A DNA stretch of 64,000 nt from Macrostomum lignano (lineage: Eukaryota), in NCBI GenBank assembly GCA_002269645.1, contig NIVC01003057.1, forward strand, positions 58,456-122,455. Direction: 5' to 3'. How positions within the stretch are numbered: the first letter of the stretch is position 1; every line of letters begins with the position of its first letter. Made by a program: the position numbers and the translations under genes. Shown piece after piece: positions 1 to 12,873 of this stretch. Below the pieces are notes generated by a model. The model worked only from the letters and a program-made list of their open reading frames with translations, did not search any database and was not told the DNA's origin.

Positions 1-2712
1 TGGTCGACCCGACCAGCCAGGACGAGTGGCGCCTCCTTGGCCTGCCCGGCGACGATTCCTCGGCTCAGAGCGGGCTGGTCGTCAGTCGGCAGGCGGCTGC
101 GGGTCGCTGGCCGCTCCTGGTGGATCCGCACGGTCTCGGGCGCACCTGGCTGCGCAGCTGTCTGGAACAGCGGCACCGAGGCCCGGTGACCATCACTGCG
201 CCAAGTCTTCGAGGCTTCCGCGCCGCCCTGGAGGAGGCCGCCACCGCCGGCAGGCCAATCATTGTCGAGGACGTCGGCGGCGGGCGGCTGCATCCGCTGC
301 TGGCCGGCCTCCTGGCCACCGCAGCCGCCCTCGTCGGTCGCATCCGAATCGGCGAGAAACTCGTCGACGTGGCCGACGGTTTCCAGCTCTACCTGACTTG
401 CCGACAGGCCGCCCCGGCGCACCCTGCCGATGTCCACGCGCTGACGGCTGTCGTGGACTTCGGCGTGACGCCCGGAGGACTTGAGGAGCGGCTGCTGGAC
501 ACGGTGGCCGAGGCTGAGAAGCCGGAGCAGGAGGCTGAGCGAGCCAAGCTGCTGGCCGAGGCCGGGCAGCAGCGTCGCCGACTTGAGCAGCTCGAGGAGG
601 GCCTGCTGCGCCGGCTGAGCGACACCGACGGCGCTCTCGTCGATGACGCCTCGCTAGTTGAAGTTCTCCGAGAGGCCAAGCAGGCCTCCGAGGAGGCTCG
701 CGAGCGACTGTCGGCGGCCACAGAAGGCGAGGCCCGACTGTGCCGAGCCCGCGAGGATCTGCGCCCGGTGGCGTCTCGGGGCCGCCTGCTGTACTCCCTG
801 GTGGCGGACCTGGCCCTGCTCAGCCCGATGTACTCGCAGTCGCTCGACCTGTTCCTGCGGCACTACCGAGCCAGCCTGGCCGAGGCGGCCAAATCGCCGA
901 TCGCTCTGCGCCGCATCGCCAACCTGATTGACAGCTTGACTCGACGAGTCTATCGAGCCACGTCGCGCGGCCTCTACGCCGCAGACCGGGCCGCCTACAG
1001 CCTGCTGCTGGCGCTGCGGCTGCAGACGGCGTCTGGTCACGTGCGGCCGGACGAACTGGACGTTCTGCTGCGTGCTGGAGCCGATGTTGACGCCAGCGAA
1101 GTCGGCGTCAAGCCGCAACGCCGGTGGCTCTCTGACGCCGTTTGGCTGAACGCACACGCCCTGAGCCGACTGGCGCACTTCAGCCTCATCGTCGATCAGC
1201 TCACCAACAATGAACGCGCCTGGCGCGCCTGGTACGAGGAGGAGACGCCAGAGCTGGCCGACCCGCCTGACGGATACGCTCGGCTCGGCGCCTTCCACCG
1301 CCTGCTGCTGGTCCGCTGCCTGGCCCGGAGCGAACACCCGCGATGGCTGCCCGCTACGTCAGCGAGACGCTCGGCCCGAGCTTTGCCGACGAGTCCGCCG
1401 ACACGTCGGGAAGCGGCGGCGGAGGCGGCCTGGAGGCGCTGGCAGAGGAGGCTGGACAAAGGCGAGCTCCGCTGCTCTGCCTGCTGGCGCCAGGCTGCGG
1501 GGACCCCGTGACGGATGGGGTCGAGCGACTGGCGCGTCGGCAGGGCGTGCCGTGCTCGGTGGTGGCTCTGGGTCGCTGCGAGCAGCAGCAGCAGCAGCAG
1601 CAGCATCCGACGCATTCGCAGCAGCATCCGACGCATTCGCAGCAGCAGCAGCAGCCAAGCAACACTCTGGGCGAGGTCCTCGCCCGTCGGCTGCTGCACT
1701 CGGCGATCACCGAAGGTCGCTGGCTGGTGCTGCAGAATCTGCACCTGTGCAGCGCCGCCTTTCTCGACGAGCTCAGCGACACCCTGGCCGCTTGGTCGGC
1801 GGCCGCCGCAGCTGCTAGCGCCGCCTCAGGCAACAGCGGCGGCGGTGTCGGTGGCAGCGGCGCTGGGACTGGCGGCGCTTCATCCACATCCGCCCCGATG
1901 TCGGGCGAGACTTCCGCGGCAGCTGCGGCATCGGCGGCCGCCACGGCTGCCGGCGGCGACGTCGTCATAGCAACCGCGGCGGCGGCCTTGGCGTCGGCGG
2001 CGGCAGCCGTCAGCAGCGGCACCGGAGGCTCGGCAGGTGGCGGCGGCGGCGGGGTCGACGGTCAGCTGGAGGGCGGAGTCGTTAGCGGCGGCGGCATCGG
2101 CGGCTTCCGCTGCTGGCTGACCTCGGAGCCGCTTCAAGCTTCTGCGGCCGCCGGCTTTCCCGCCGCTCTGATTGGCGGCTCGCTGAAGTTCACCGCCGAC
2201 CAGCCGGCCAGCGTCAGGGCCGGGCTGGCGCGCACCTTCGCCCAGATCGGCGCCGAGCAACTGGAGTCCAACGGGACGCCGCAGTGGCGCCCGATGCTGT
2301 TCTGCGCGGCATTTCTCCACGCCGCCGTCAACGCCCGCCTGCGCTTCGGCGCCGTCGGCTGGTCAGCGGAGCCTCGACTGTCGCCGACGGATCTCGGCGC
2401 CGCGCTGCAGGCCCTGCAGAATCACCTGGATGAGGTCGATGCTCGCCGTGGCGTCGCTTGGCCAGCGGTCCGACACATGATCGGCGAGGTCGCTTTCGGT
2501 GGACGATTCCTCGACGACTGGGACCGCCGCCTGCTGAGCGTGTACTGCCGCCTGTGGCTGACGGAGTCCCTGCTGACCGACAGCTTCCAGTTCGCTCGCG
2601 GCTACCGGCTGCCGCGGTGTCGCAACGTCGACGAGTTTCGAGCCTTCGTTGAAGCGCTTCCTGCGATTGACACACCGGAGACCTTCGGACTGCACGCCAA
2701 TGCGGATGTTGG
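1..2712 (+). CDS. DNAH5: Axonemal dynein heavy chain, outer-arm DNAH5/DNAH8 type; exon A, 5'-partial (AAA5 to AAA6); apparent -1 frameshift at 1324-1326
   Basis: The frame from nt 3 reads EWRLLGLPGDDSSAQSGLVV..RWPLLVDPHGLGRTWL, ...RPVASRGRLLYSLV, ...LGAFHRLLLVRCL. After one missing C it continues PERTPAMAARYVSETLG, ...GRWLVLQNLHL, FRCWLTSEP, ...YGG-like FGGRFLDDWDRRLL and PETFGLHANAD. These match remembered dynein AAA5/AAA6 motifs. Donor GG|GTGAGC at 2713. DNAH5 versus DNAH8 cannot be resolved by eye. Confidence 0.9.
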
Positions 2713-2732
2713 GTGAGCGGCTGCGTGTGCGC

Positions 2733-3150
2733 CCACTGACCCTCCCCTGACCTTCCACTGACCCTCCCCAGACCTTCCACTGACCCTCCCCTGACCTTCC
2801 ACTGACCCTCCACTGACCTTCCACTGACCCTCCACTGACCTTCCACTGACCCTTCCCCAGACCTTCCACTGACCCTCCCCTGACCTTCCACTGACCCTCC
2901 ACTGACCTTCCACTGACCCTTCCCCAGACCTTGCACTGACCCTCCCCAGACCTTGCACTGAACCTCCCCTGACCTTCCACTGACCCTCCCCTGACCTTCC
3001 ACTGACCCTCCCCTGACCTTTCACTGACCCTTCCCTGACCTTTCACTGACCCTTCCCCAGACCTTCTACTGACCCTCTCCTGATCTTCCTCTGACCCTTT
3101 CCCTGAATTTCCACTGACCCTCCCCTGACTTCCCACTGAACCATTCACTG
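2733..3150. repeat. Intronic minisatellite, about 22-bp unit CCACTGACCCTCCCCTGACCTT
   Basis: Tandem, degenerate copies fill dynein intron 2713-3317. Confidence 0.9.
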
Positions 3151-3317
3151 AGCCACCTACCCATCTAGATGCAGAATCTGCCCTTGTACATCCTTGATGA
3201 TGCGTTAGTCATGCCCTCTGTACACCCTATGTGAGCGTGTGCTTGCGTACGTAACTGTGTTTCGCTAGCCCCATGCAAGCTCACTAGAAACTTCCACAAA
3301 CCCTTCCATCCTTCCAG

Positions 3318-3477
3318 CTGCCAGAGGGTCAGAGCGAATGCCATATTAGAGTCGGTTTGCCTGATGCAGCACTATCCGCCAAGCCAGCGACTGTCGGGGC
3401 TGGCTGACAGGCGCTCCATCGCGGATATCAGCGAGGATGCGCTGGGAAAACTGCCGGACGAGTTCGGACCCACAGAG
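3318..3477 (+). CDS. DNAH5: Dynein heavy chain exon B
   Basis: Acceptor CTTCCAG| at 3317, and the phase-2 join gives G-CQRVRANAILESVCLMQ...IADISEDALGKLPDEFGPTE, matching 'LADDMLEKLP' of DNAH5/8. Donor GTAATC at 3478. Confidence 0.85.
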
Positions 3478-3532
3478 GTAATCCGACACACTTTAACACT
3501 GCCGCAAATCCAGGCCACAGAGGCCTTCCATT

Positions 3533-3880
3533 CCATCAAAGTATCACCGATCCCATCAAAGTATCACCGATCCCATCAAAGTATCATCGATCCCATCAAA
3601 GTGTCATCGATCCCATCAAAGTATCACCGATCCCATCAAAGTATCACCGATCCCATCAAAGTATCACCGATCCCAACAAAGTATCACCGATCCCAACAAA
3701 GTATCACCAATCCCAACAAAGTATCACCGATCCCATCAAAGTATCACCGATCCCATCAAAGTATCACCGATCCCAACAAAGTATCACCGATCCCATCAAA
3801 GTATCACCGATCCCATCAAAGTATCACTGATCCCAACAAAGTATCACCGATCCCATCAAAGTATCACCGATCCCATCAAG
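3533..3880. repeat. Intronic minisatellite, 20-bp unit GTATCACCGATCCCATCAAA
   Basis: About 17 tandem copies in dynein intron 3478-3940. The same unit occurs at 15228-16035. Confidence 0.95.
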
Positions 3881-3940
3881 CACCGACTATCCCAGCTGAC
3901 GTCACTCCTCCAACATCCACATCCGCATTCCACATCCCAG

Positions 3941-4434
3941 ATTCGCGACCGTCTCCGCAAGCTGGATCATCAGCAGCGCCCGCTGAACGTCTTCCTGCGC
4001 ACCGAGCTCAACCGAATGCACCGTCTGCTAACCGCAGCCCGCGCCGATCTGGCCGCCTTGGCCGCCTCATCCGAGGACGTCATCGAAGCAGCCAAATTGG
4101 TGGACCTGCCGGACACTCTTCTGGACGTGCTGGAGGCCCTTCGCGAGCTCCGGGTGCCGACTCGATGGCTGCGACTCGCCTGGGAGGAGGAGTCGCCGTC
4201 GGAATCCGTTGAGTCGCCAGGTGGCCTCGCTGTCTGGCTGACGGACCTTCGCGAGCGTCACGCTCAGCTTCGCTCATGGCTGGTTGAGGGCCGGCCGCCT
4301 GCGGCGCACTGGCTGGCGGGCTACTTCAGGCCTGCGGCGTTTCTTGTCGCCCTTCGACAGGAGGCCGTCAGGGCGAGGCGCGGATGGTCGCTGGAGACGG
4401 TGCATCTCGTCAGCGATGTCACCCGGCTGTCTAA
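3941..4434 (+). CDS. DNAH5: Dynein heavy chain exon C (C-terminal domain)
   Basis: Acceptor ATCCCAG| at 3940. Reads IRDRLRKLDHQQRPLNVFLRTELNRMHRLL...WLAGYFRPAAFLVALRQE...GWSLETV. Donor AA|GTGAGT at 4435. Confidence 0.88.
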
Positions 4435-4445
4435 GTGAGTGCAGG

Positions 4446-4829
4446 AATTCTAAGACGGGTAATTCTAAGACGGGGAGTTCTAAGACGGGGAATTCTAAGA
4501 CGGGGAATTCTAAGACGGGGAATTCTACGACGGGGAGTTCTAAGACAAGGAATTATAAGACGGGAGTTCTAAGACGGGGAATTCTAAGACGGGGAATTCT
4601 AAGACGGGGAATTCTAAGACGGGGAATTCTAAGACGGGGAGTTCTAAGATGGGGAAGTCTAAGACGGGTAATTCGAAGACGGGGAATTCTAAGACGGGGA
4701 ATTCTAAGATGGGGAATTCTAAGACGGGGAATTCTAAGACAGGGATTCTAAGACGGGGAATTCTAAGATGGGGAATTCTAAGACGGGGAATTCTAAGACG
4801 GGGATTCTAAGACGGGTAATTCTAAGACG
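4446..4829. repeat. Intronic minisatellite, 15-bp unit AATTCTAAGACGGGG
   Basis: About 25 tandem copies in dynein intron 4435-4847. Confidence 0.95.
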
Positions 4830-4847
4830 AACCCCTGTCCCCGACAG

Positions 4848-5202
4848 AGAGGAGGCCCACGCTGCACCACCAGACGGCGCCTTCGTCCACGGTCTTGTCC
4901 TGGACGGCGCAGGCTGGGATCGCAGGAACAGCCGACTCACGGAGGCCGCCCCCAAGGCCGGGCCGGTGCAGCTGCCCCTGGTGCACCTGTTCGCCGTGTG
5001 CAGCAGCGGCGGCGGTGGAGCGGGCGGAGCTGGCGGAGGTTCGGGCGCGGGTTCAACGGGACTGTACGAGTGCCCGGTGTACACCCGCTCTGAGCGGGGT
5101 CAGAAGCGTCAGCTGTGCTGCCTGCAGCTGCGCAGTCAGCGCGATCCGGAGCACTGGACGCTCAGAGGGGTTGCGGCTGTGCTCGGCGACGCTGCGAAAT
5201 GA
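4848..5202 (+). CDS. DNAH5: Dynein heavy chain last exon
   Basis: Acceptor GACAG| at 4847. Reads PPDGAFVHGLVLDGAGWDRRNSRL...LYECPVY...PEHWTLRGVAAVLGD, the canonical dynein C-terminus. TGA at 5200-5202, AATAAA at 5237-5242. Confidence 0.9.
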
Positions 5203-5315
5203 ACGCCAGAAAATTACGAGCGTAAAATTAAAACAAAATAAAAACTTTTACTTTGCATTCCTAAGACTCAAACTCGTTTTTTTAACAAATCAGATTCTAG
5301 TCTAGAGAAATGAGA

Positions 5316-5850
5316 TATTCTTAGAAAACTGATATTCTGTTTTAATTTGTTAAAATAATGTAATTAACCATTTTCAAACAAAAAATTTAACATTCTTAGA
5401 AAACTGATATTCTGTTTTAATTTGTTAAAATAATGTAATTAACCATTTTCAAACAAAAAATTTAACATTCTTAGAAAACTGATATTCTGTTTTAATTTGT
5501 TAAAATAATGTAATCAACCATTTTCAAACAAAAAATTTAACATTCTTAGAAAACCGATATTCTGTTTTAATTTGTTAAAATAATGTAATTAACCATTTTC
5601 AAACAAAAAATTTAACATTCTTAGAAAACCGATATTCTGTTTTAATTTGTTAAAATAATGTAATTAACCATTTTCAAACAAAAAATTTAACATTCTTAGA
5701 AAACCGATATTCTGTTTTAATTTGTTAAAATAATGTAATTAACCATTTTCAAACAAAAAATTTAACATTCTTAGAAAACCGATATTCTGTTTTAATTTGT
5801 TAAAATAATGTAATCAACCATTTTCAAAAAAAATTTAACAGTCTTAGAAA
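5316..5850. repeat. AT-rich 75-bp tandem repeat, about 7 copies
   Basis: CATTCTTAGAAAA recurs at 5391, 5466 and 5541, giving a period of 75. Confidence 0.95.
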
Positions 5851-6540
5851 ACAAGATTCAATTATTGAAAATCGAGATTACAATAGTTAATAATTGTGTT
5901 TCTAAAAAATACTAAATTCGCATAAACAAAAATAAAAAAAAATGATATGTAAATTTAAACGTGGATTCTGGGAAAGCGGAGTTATTTTTGTGTTTTAAAT
6001 AACCATTTAGCCAAGACTTGTTTTTGTTTTTTTCATCTATGCAGAAAAAGAATTCAACTTAAATCTTAATTTGTGTTTTTTTCAGATTTCTAATCTCAAA
6101 TCACCGTTTTAAAGTTTTTTCTAATCCGAAAATGATTAAAGAGTTGCCATAAAAATAGAAATAGAATCTTTGTATTCAACTTGGATATACTCACTCTTCA
6201 GTGAAAAAATAGAATATTTTTCGAACCCGTTAATTAACTCCACCTTGTAGGTCTTTGATAGACTGGCTATATTAGTCTTAATATAGCGATAAACATAGAA
6301 TTGCTGAGGTCATTGCTGGCTTGTGATTATATTCTCTTTGATAATTATTTCCTCATACGCTCGAATTTCGTAATTCAGGGAGGCGACTTCCTCGTCACTG
6401 TCTGATTTTCTTAGAACTTGCGACTCCGTTCAGGAGGAAGCTTTACTTCCTTTGAGCAGAAGTGGAGAGAGGGATGGCTGAGGGATGAATTTTTCTAAGG
6501 TTTGCTTGCAGCTTGAAGCTCAAATCCAATGAACTACATG

Positions 6541-8679
6541 CCTCCCAGATCCTCAGTTGCTGAGCCAGCCTCCCAGATCTTCGATTGCTGGGTGAGCTTC
6601 CCAGATCCTCAGTTGCTGGGTCAGCCTCCAAGATCCTCAGTTGCTGGGCCAGCCTCCCAGATCCTCAGTTGCCGGGTGAGCTTCCCAGATCCTCAGTTGC
6701 TGGGCCAGCCTCCCAGATCCTCAGTTGCTGGGCCAGCCTCCCAGATCCTCTGTTGCTGGGCCAGCCTCCCAGATCCTCAGTTGCTGGGCCACCAGCCTCC
6801 CAGATCCTCAGTTGCTGGGCCAGCCTCCCAGATCCCCAGTTGCTGGGGCAGCCTCCCAGATCCTCAGTTGCTGGGCCAGCCTCCCAAATCCTCAGTTGCT
6901 GGGCCAGCCTCCCGGATCCTCAGTTGCTGGGCCAGCCTCCCAGATCCTCAGTTGCTAGGCCAGCCTCCCAGTTCCTCGGTTGCTGGGCCAGCCTCCCAGA
7001 TCCTCAGTTGCTGGGCCAGCCTCCCAGATCCTCAGTTGCTGGGCCACCAGCCTCCCAGATCCTCAGTTGCTGGGCCAGCCTCCCAGATCCTCAGTTGCTG
7101 GGCCAGCCTCCCAGATCCTCAGTTGCTGGGCCAGCCTCCCAGATCCTCAGTTGCTGGGCCAGCCTCCCAGATCCTCAGTTGCTGGGCCAGCCTCCCAGAT
7201 CCTCAGTTGCTGTGCCAGCCTCCCAGATCCTCAGTTGCTGGGCCAGCTTCCCAGATCCTCAGTTGCTGGGCCAGCCTCCCAGATCCTCAGTTGCTGGGCC
7301 AGCCTCCCAGATCCTCAGTTGCTGGGCCAGCCTCCCAGATCCTCAGTTGCTGGGCCACCCTCCCAGATCCTCAGTTGCTGGGCCAGCCTTCCAGATCCCC
7401 AGTTGCTGAGCCGGCCTCCCAGATCCTCAGTTGCTGAGCCAGCCTCCCAGATCCTCAGTTGCTGGGGCAGCCTCCCAGATCCTCAGTTGCTGGGGCAGCC
7501 TCCTAGATCCTCAGTTGCTGGGCCAGCCTCCCAGATCCTCAGTTGCTGGGCCAGCCTTCCAGATCCTCAGTTGCTGGGGCAGCCTCCCAAATCCTCAGTT
7601 GCTGAGCCAGCTTCCCAGATCCTCAGTTGCTGGGCCAGCCTCCCAGATCCTCAGTTGCTGGGGCAGCCTCCAAGATCCTCAGTTGCTGGGCCAGCCTCCC
7701 GGATCCTCAGTTGCTGGGCCAGCCTCCCAGATCCTCAGTTGCTAGGCCAGCCTCCCAGATCCTCGGTTGCTGGGCCAGCCTCCCAGATCCTCAGTTGCTG
7801 AGCCAGCCTCCCAGATCCTCAGTTGCTGGGCCAGCCTCCCAGATCCTCAGTTGCTGGGCCAGCCTCCCAGATCCTCAGTTGCTGGGGCAGCCTCCCAGAT
7901 CCTCAGTTGCTGGGCCAGCCTTCCAGATCCCCAGTTGCTGAGCCGGCCTCCCAGATCCTCAGTTGCTGAGCCAGCCTCCCAGATCCTCAGTTGCTGGGGC
8001 AGCCTCCCAGATCCTCAGTTGCTGGGGCAGCCTCCCAGCTCCTCAGTTGCTGGGCCAGCCTCCCAGATCCTCAGTTGCTGGGCCAGCCTTCCAGATCCTC
8101 AGTTGCTGGGGCAGCCTCCCAAATCCTCAGTTGCTGAGCCAGCCTCCCAGATCCTCAGTTGCTGGGCCACCCTCCCAGATCCTCAGTTGCTGGGGCAGCC
8201 TCCCAAATCCTCTTTTGCTGGGCCAGCCTCCCAGATCCTCAGTTGCTGGGGCAGCCTCCTAGATCCTCAGTTGCTGGGGCAGCCTCCTAGATCCTCAGTT
8301 GCTGGGCCAGCCTCCCAGATCCTCAGTTGCTGGGCCAGCCTTCCAGATCCTCAGTTGCTGGGGCAGCCTCCCAAATCCTCAGTTGCTGAGCCAGCCTCCC
8401 AGATCCTCAGTTCCTGGGCCAGCCTCCCAGATCCTCAGTTGCTGGGGCAGCCTCCCAAATCCTCAGTTGCTGGGCCAGCCTCCCAGATCCTCAGTTGCTG
8501 GGGCAGCCTCCTAGATCCTCAGTTGCTAGGCAAGCTTCCCAGATCCTCAGTTGCTGGGGCAGCCTCCCAAATCCTCAGTTGCTGAGCCGGCCTCCCAGAT
8601 CCTCAGTTGCTGAGCCAGCCTCCCAGATCCTCAGTTGCTGGGCCAGCCTCCCAGATCCTCAGTTGCTGAGCCGGCCTCC
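6541..8679. repeat. 28-bp minisatellite CCTCCCAGATCCTCAGTTGCTGGGCCAG, about 76 copies
   Basis: Directly visible tandem array. Variant blocks recur 532 bp (19 units) apart at about 7389 and 7921. It explains all the 'PQLLGQPPRSSVAG' ORFs. Confidence 0.95.
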
Positions 8680-9083
8680 TTCATTTTAGATTTAATTTTA
8701 GCCAAGCAAATTAAATTTTATAAGCTACCAACAGACGTGCAACACGCAGACACGAAAGTCGAGTTAAGCGTGCTTGCTGGAGGCTCAGTTGCATACAAAA
8801 AATTTCCCAAACTGACTGGGTGTCCCCTCATGTCTCACCCGTCAGTCAGTTTCTGAGTTTCTCAGCTGGTAAAGCAATTTACTTGGCCAGGAAATCTGCA
8901 ATTTCATCGGCCACTCCCAATGCTCGCTTGTCGTTGTTGTTACGTAATCAAAATTTGCAAACTCGAAGTGAAAAGTAAACGCTGGAATTCCCTCGAGCAG
9001 CATCGGGTTATGAGAAAAAGCTGAGAGAGAGAGCTGTGGTATTAGGGGGGTCAGGGCGAGACTTGTTGTTGTTCAAGTGGCGC

Positions 9084-9085
<2 letters not shown>

Positions 9086-9145
<60 letters not shown>
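9086..9145. repeat. (CT)n microsatellite
   Basis: Directly visible. Confidence 0.95.
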
Positions 9146-9148
<3 letters not shown>

Positions 9149-9449
9149 CAGCTCGCATTAGTCTCCATCATTTTTGTCGAGTTTTGTTCGCGTCGTACAG
9201 CAAGAGTTTCGGAGTAATAATACTGCTACGAACTACACGTAGAGATCTGTGCTTTTTTGCGTTTTTTAAGTTAAAATATTACTGATCATGGCAGCGCCAG
9301 AACCAATGCAAACTTATTGCACTGCTGAGGGAAGAGGTTGCTCGTAGAGGGAGGGTTATAGGCGGAGAGATTCAGGCTTTGATATAGATTGAGAGATTCT
9401 AAGCGTTAAGGAGTCAGATAGTGGATATTGAGACATAAGAGGCGAGATG

Positions 9450-10270
9450 GGAACAGAGTGAGAGGAAGAGGGGAACAGAGGGAGAGAGGGAGAGAGGGGG
9501 AGGGGAAGAGGGAGGGAGGGAGAGAGGGGGAGAGGGGAGAGGGAGAGAGGGAGAGAGGGAGAGAGGGAGGAGGGAGAGAGGGAGAGAGGGGGAGAGGGGA
9601 GAGGGGGAGAGGGAGTGAGGGAGAGAGGGAGAGAGGGGGAGAGGGGGAGAGGGGGAGAAAGAGTGAGGGAGAGAGGGAGAGAGGGAGGGAGGGAGAGAGG
9701 GGGAGAGGGGGAGAGGAGGAGAGGGGGAGAGGGAGTGAGGGAGAGAGGAGAGAGGGGGAGAGGGAGAGAGGGGGAGAGGGGGAGAGGGAGAGAGGGGGAG
9801 AGAGAGAGAGGGGGAGAGGAGGAGAGGGAGAGAGGGGGAGGGGAAGAGGGAGAGAGGGAAAGAGGGAGAGAGGGAGAGAGAGAGAGGGAGAGAGGGAGGA
9901 GGGAGAGAGGGGAGAGGGGGAGAGGGGGAGAGGGAGTGAGGGAGAGAGGGAGAGAGGGGGAGAGGGGGAGAGGGGGAGAAAGAGTGAGGAGAGAGGGGGA
10001 GAGGGGGAGAGGGAGAGAGGGAGAGAGGGAGAGAGGGGGAGAGGGAGAGAGGGAGGAGGGAGAGAGGGAGAGAGGGGGAGAGGGGAGAGGGGGAGAGGGA
10101 GAGAGGGAGAGAGGGGGAGAGGGGGAGAGGGGAGAAAGAGTGAGGGAGAGAGGGGGAGAGGGGGAGAGGGAGAGAGGGGGAGAGGGAGAGAGGGGGAGAG
10201 TGGGAGAGGGGGAGAGGGAGAGAGGGAGAGAGGGAGAGAGAGAGAGGGAGAGAGGGAGAGAGGGGGAGGG
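9450..10270. repeat. Polypurine (GA/G-rich) low-complexity tract
   Basis: About 800 bp of almost only G and A. The ERG/PLSL-type ORFs are artefacts of it. Confidence 0.95.
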
Positions 10271-12873
10271 GATGAAGCGTGAGCGGGCCAGCGCAGAGAC
10301 TGGCAGACAAGCACTAGTTAGGTTAGATTGAATCGAGCAGAAGAGAGGGGAAAATTTAAAGATGGAACAGAGTAAATAACGGAGGGGGCACAGAGCTGGA
10401 CAAGCAGCATGGGAGCGGGTGAGAGCCGTTTAGAACAGCTTCAGAGATTATTGTTGAACAGCGACTGTTGAACGCAGCTACTTATTACGCAAAGCCCATT
10501 ACAAAAACAATTGCGCCCCCTGGCACTGTAAAAGCCAGAATTGATTTGCCGACTGAGAGAGCATCATCATAAAACTGCTGCAGGCAAATTATAAAAATGC
10601 GGCCCAGTCTGCGGAGAAGCCGGCATACTCTGAAGTTTCTCTCACGGTGGGGGACTGCGAGTGCGAAGGCCCGACGCCATTGGCAGGAAGCTCTCAGCCA
10701 ATGAGAATCGAGCAGTAGACTAGCATCGTAAATAGTGATGTCCTGACGTTCCGACATGAAGCAGAGCTTCAAGCAGGCCTCTAAAAGATATTATACTAGT
10801 TTTAGACTTTAGATCTCGGCTACTGCATATAAGTTTTACCACACGCATGATGAATGCCCGTGTTTTTGTCTAAATAATTTTGCTGCTAGCTTAGGTAAGT
10901 ATACATTTAATCGTCTGTATATTTTTTCACTAATGCGAGATTAAAAGTGAACTTTTCTTTGAGCTTGGCAAACATTAATAATTGATTAAGTCTACGCTCG
11001 GGATTAGGGGTATTTGCGTAAGAAAATCTGCTCTCCCGCACTTCCCCCTGTCCACCAACAGAATCGACAGGATCTGGGATATTAAATTTGCACGAGCCCA
11101 GCCTCCAGTCAGCTTCATCAGAGGGGGGGGGTGAGTCAATAGATTTATTGCTGCAAAAATGTGTTGAGGAATTTCTCTGATGAGCTGGCTTGTTCCTCAG
11201 AAATATTCGATTAAATATGAATTCTTTTCTCCCTTTCTCTCGCCCTCTCCCTCTCTCACGTCTGCACTCTCCCCTGTCTACTCTCTCCCTTCTCACCTTT
11301 CTCCATGTCCCTCTTCTACCCATTTTCTTCCATCTTTTTCAGGCACTTCTTCCTGTCAATCTACGTACACACGTGCGTTTTTATAAACTTGTTATAACAC
11401 TAATTTCTGAAAGCAGCACTTCTGTCGCATCTGTTAGAGAAATAGGATTGTTCATGAGGGGAATTGCAGAAAAAACGAAACAGTCAGCCCTCCAGACGCA
11501 CTGAATTGTGCGAAAATAAGACTTGGGGCTTGAGCCTGACACAGTTCTTGCTAAAATTGACAAATTCTGGTTAAAAAAATTTACCGTTGGACTGTTGGAA
11601 AAATGAGGAAGAGAATGATGGAGCAGATGCAGGACTGGAGCCCGGACCTGCCCGCATCGCACACGGGCTGAAAGCTGAACTCAGCCTGGTAGGAGGACGG
11701 TGTAACACGGGGAATAGAAAAAAAGAAGAGGGGAGAAAGAGGGGTCCGCAAGTTGTCAATCTTTTTAGTGGGATTGAAAAAAATTGCTCAGTGAGGAGTG
11801 GGGATCAGCTTGAGCTAAAGTGGTCGGGGGGAGGCCGCGGGCACAGCGCAGATGCAGTAATATTGTTCAGCATTTCCTGCCCGACCGACTCCGCCCTCGC
11901 CACCACTCAGCTTCCAAATCTTCGCTCCTTCTATTTTGCTTTTGCTAGCGACCTGGAGAGAGTGGATCGCTTTAGCTAGAGAGATGGGCTTTTGAAGTTG
12001 CTAATCGCATGGGCTTTGAGCAAGCTAACCATGCCTATGCTTTTTTGATTAATAAAAGCTATAATGATGGCTGGAGTGAGCAAAAACGAGCTGTCTCCTG
12101 GGTCCGCTGCCGTCTCGACTTTCGCAACGTCGCAAAGGTTCTTTCTTGTACACGCTGCATCTAATAATGACCAAGTTCCATTGTTTGTGTTCCCCTAATG
12201 TCTTGTGTCTTTGGCGAGCATTTACCCGATTAAAGATAAATATGAACTTATTGCACCGTTGAGCAAATACTGCACAATCAGAAACCGCAGGTAAATTGTG
12301 CTCCAAACTCTCGAAAATCGTAAGAGCAAAGTGACTTGCAGCAATTTGAAGTGATCACTTATAGTGTCTCTCTTGTGCTTCTCCGCTCGTCTGTGTACAC
12401 AAATGCAGGTCTAGCCTGAGCAGGGTTTAAGCAGTTTTAGAGACACCCGCCGTTGCCGGACTCCGAAGGTGTCTGTCAGTTGGTTGAGTTTTATCTCGGA
12501 GTGTTTGTGTTTCTGTCTTGGCCCGGCATGGCTGCTAAATGGGGTGACTCTGGCTGCTCGCGCGAGATCAGCTGAGCAAACAGGTTGGGAGAAAACTCTG
12601 ACCAAGTCGCTCCTAAAACCAGTTTTGAAATGAACTTCGTGTGGCATAGGCGCGAATGTTTAACTGGTTGGTTAACTTGCCGAGAGTCAAGGCGACAGGC
12701 AACTATGCGTGTTTGTACCAAGGACTACTTAACTACTTAATGATCGAGAGAGTCGAGCTTCGATACTTTTGTCATAAGCCGATTTCAGAAGGTTTTCTAC
12801 CTCAAATTTCACCCTCTCGAACGCGCCCCAACAATCGCAGGTAATTTTCTGCCAAATTCAACCGAGCCAAACA

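Noticed and set aside
6529-8856. Long ORFs (PQLLGQPPRSSVAG...) in all three + frames
   Set aside because: They are a by-product of a stop-poor 28-bp repeat whose unit is not a multiple of 3.
9406-10331. ERG-rich and PLSL-rich ORFs (also at 19.2-19.6, 20.4-21.2, 21.9-23.0, 23.4-24.1 and 27.2-28.4 kb)
   Set aside because: These are translations of micro- and minisatellites.
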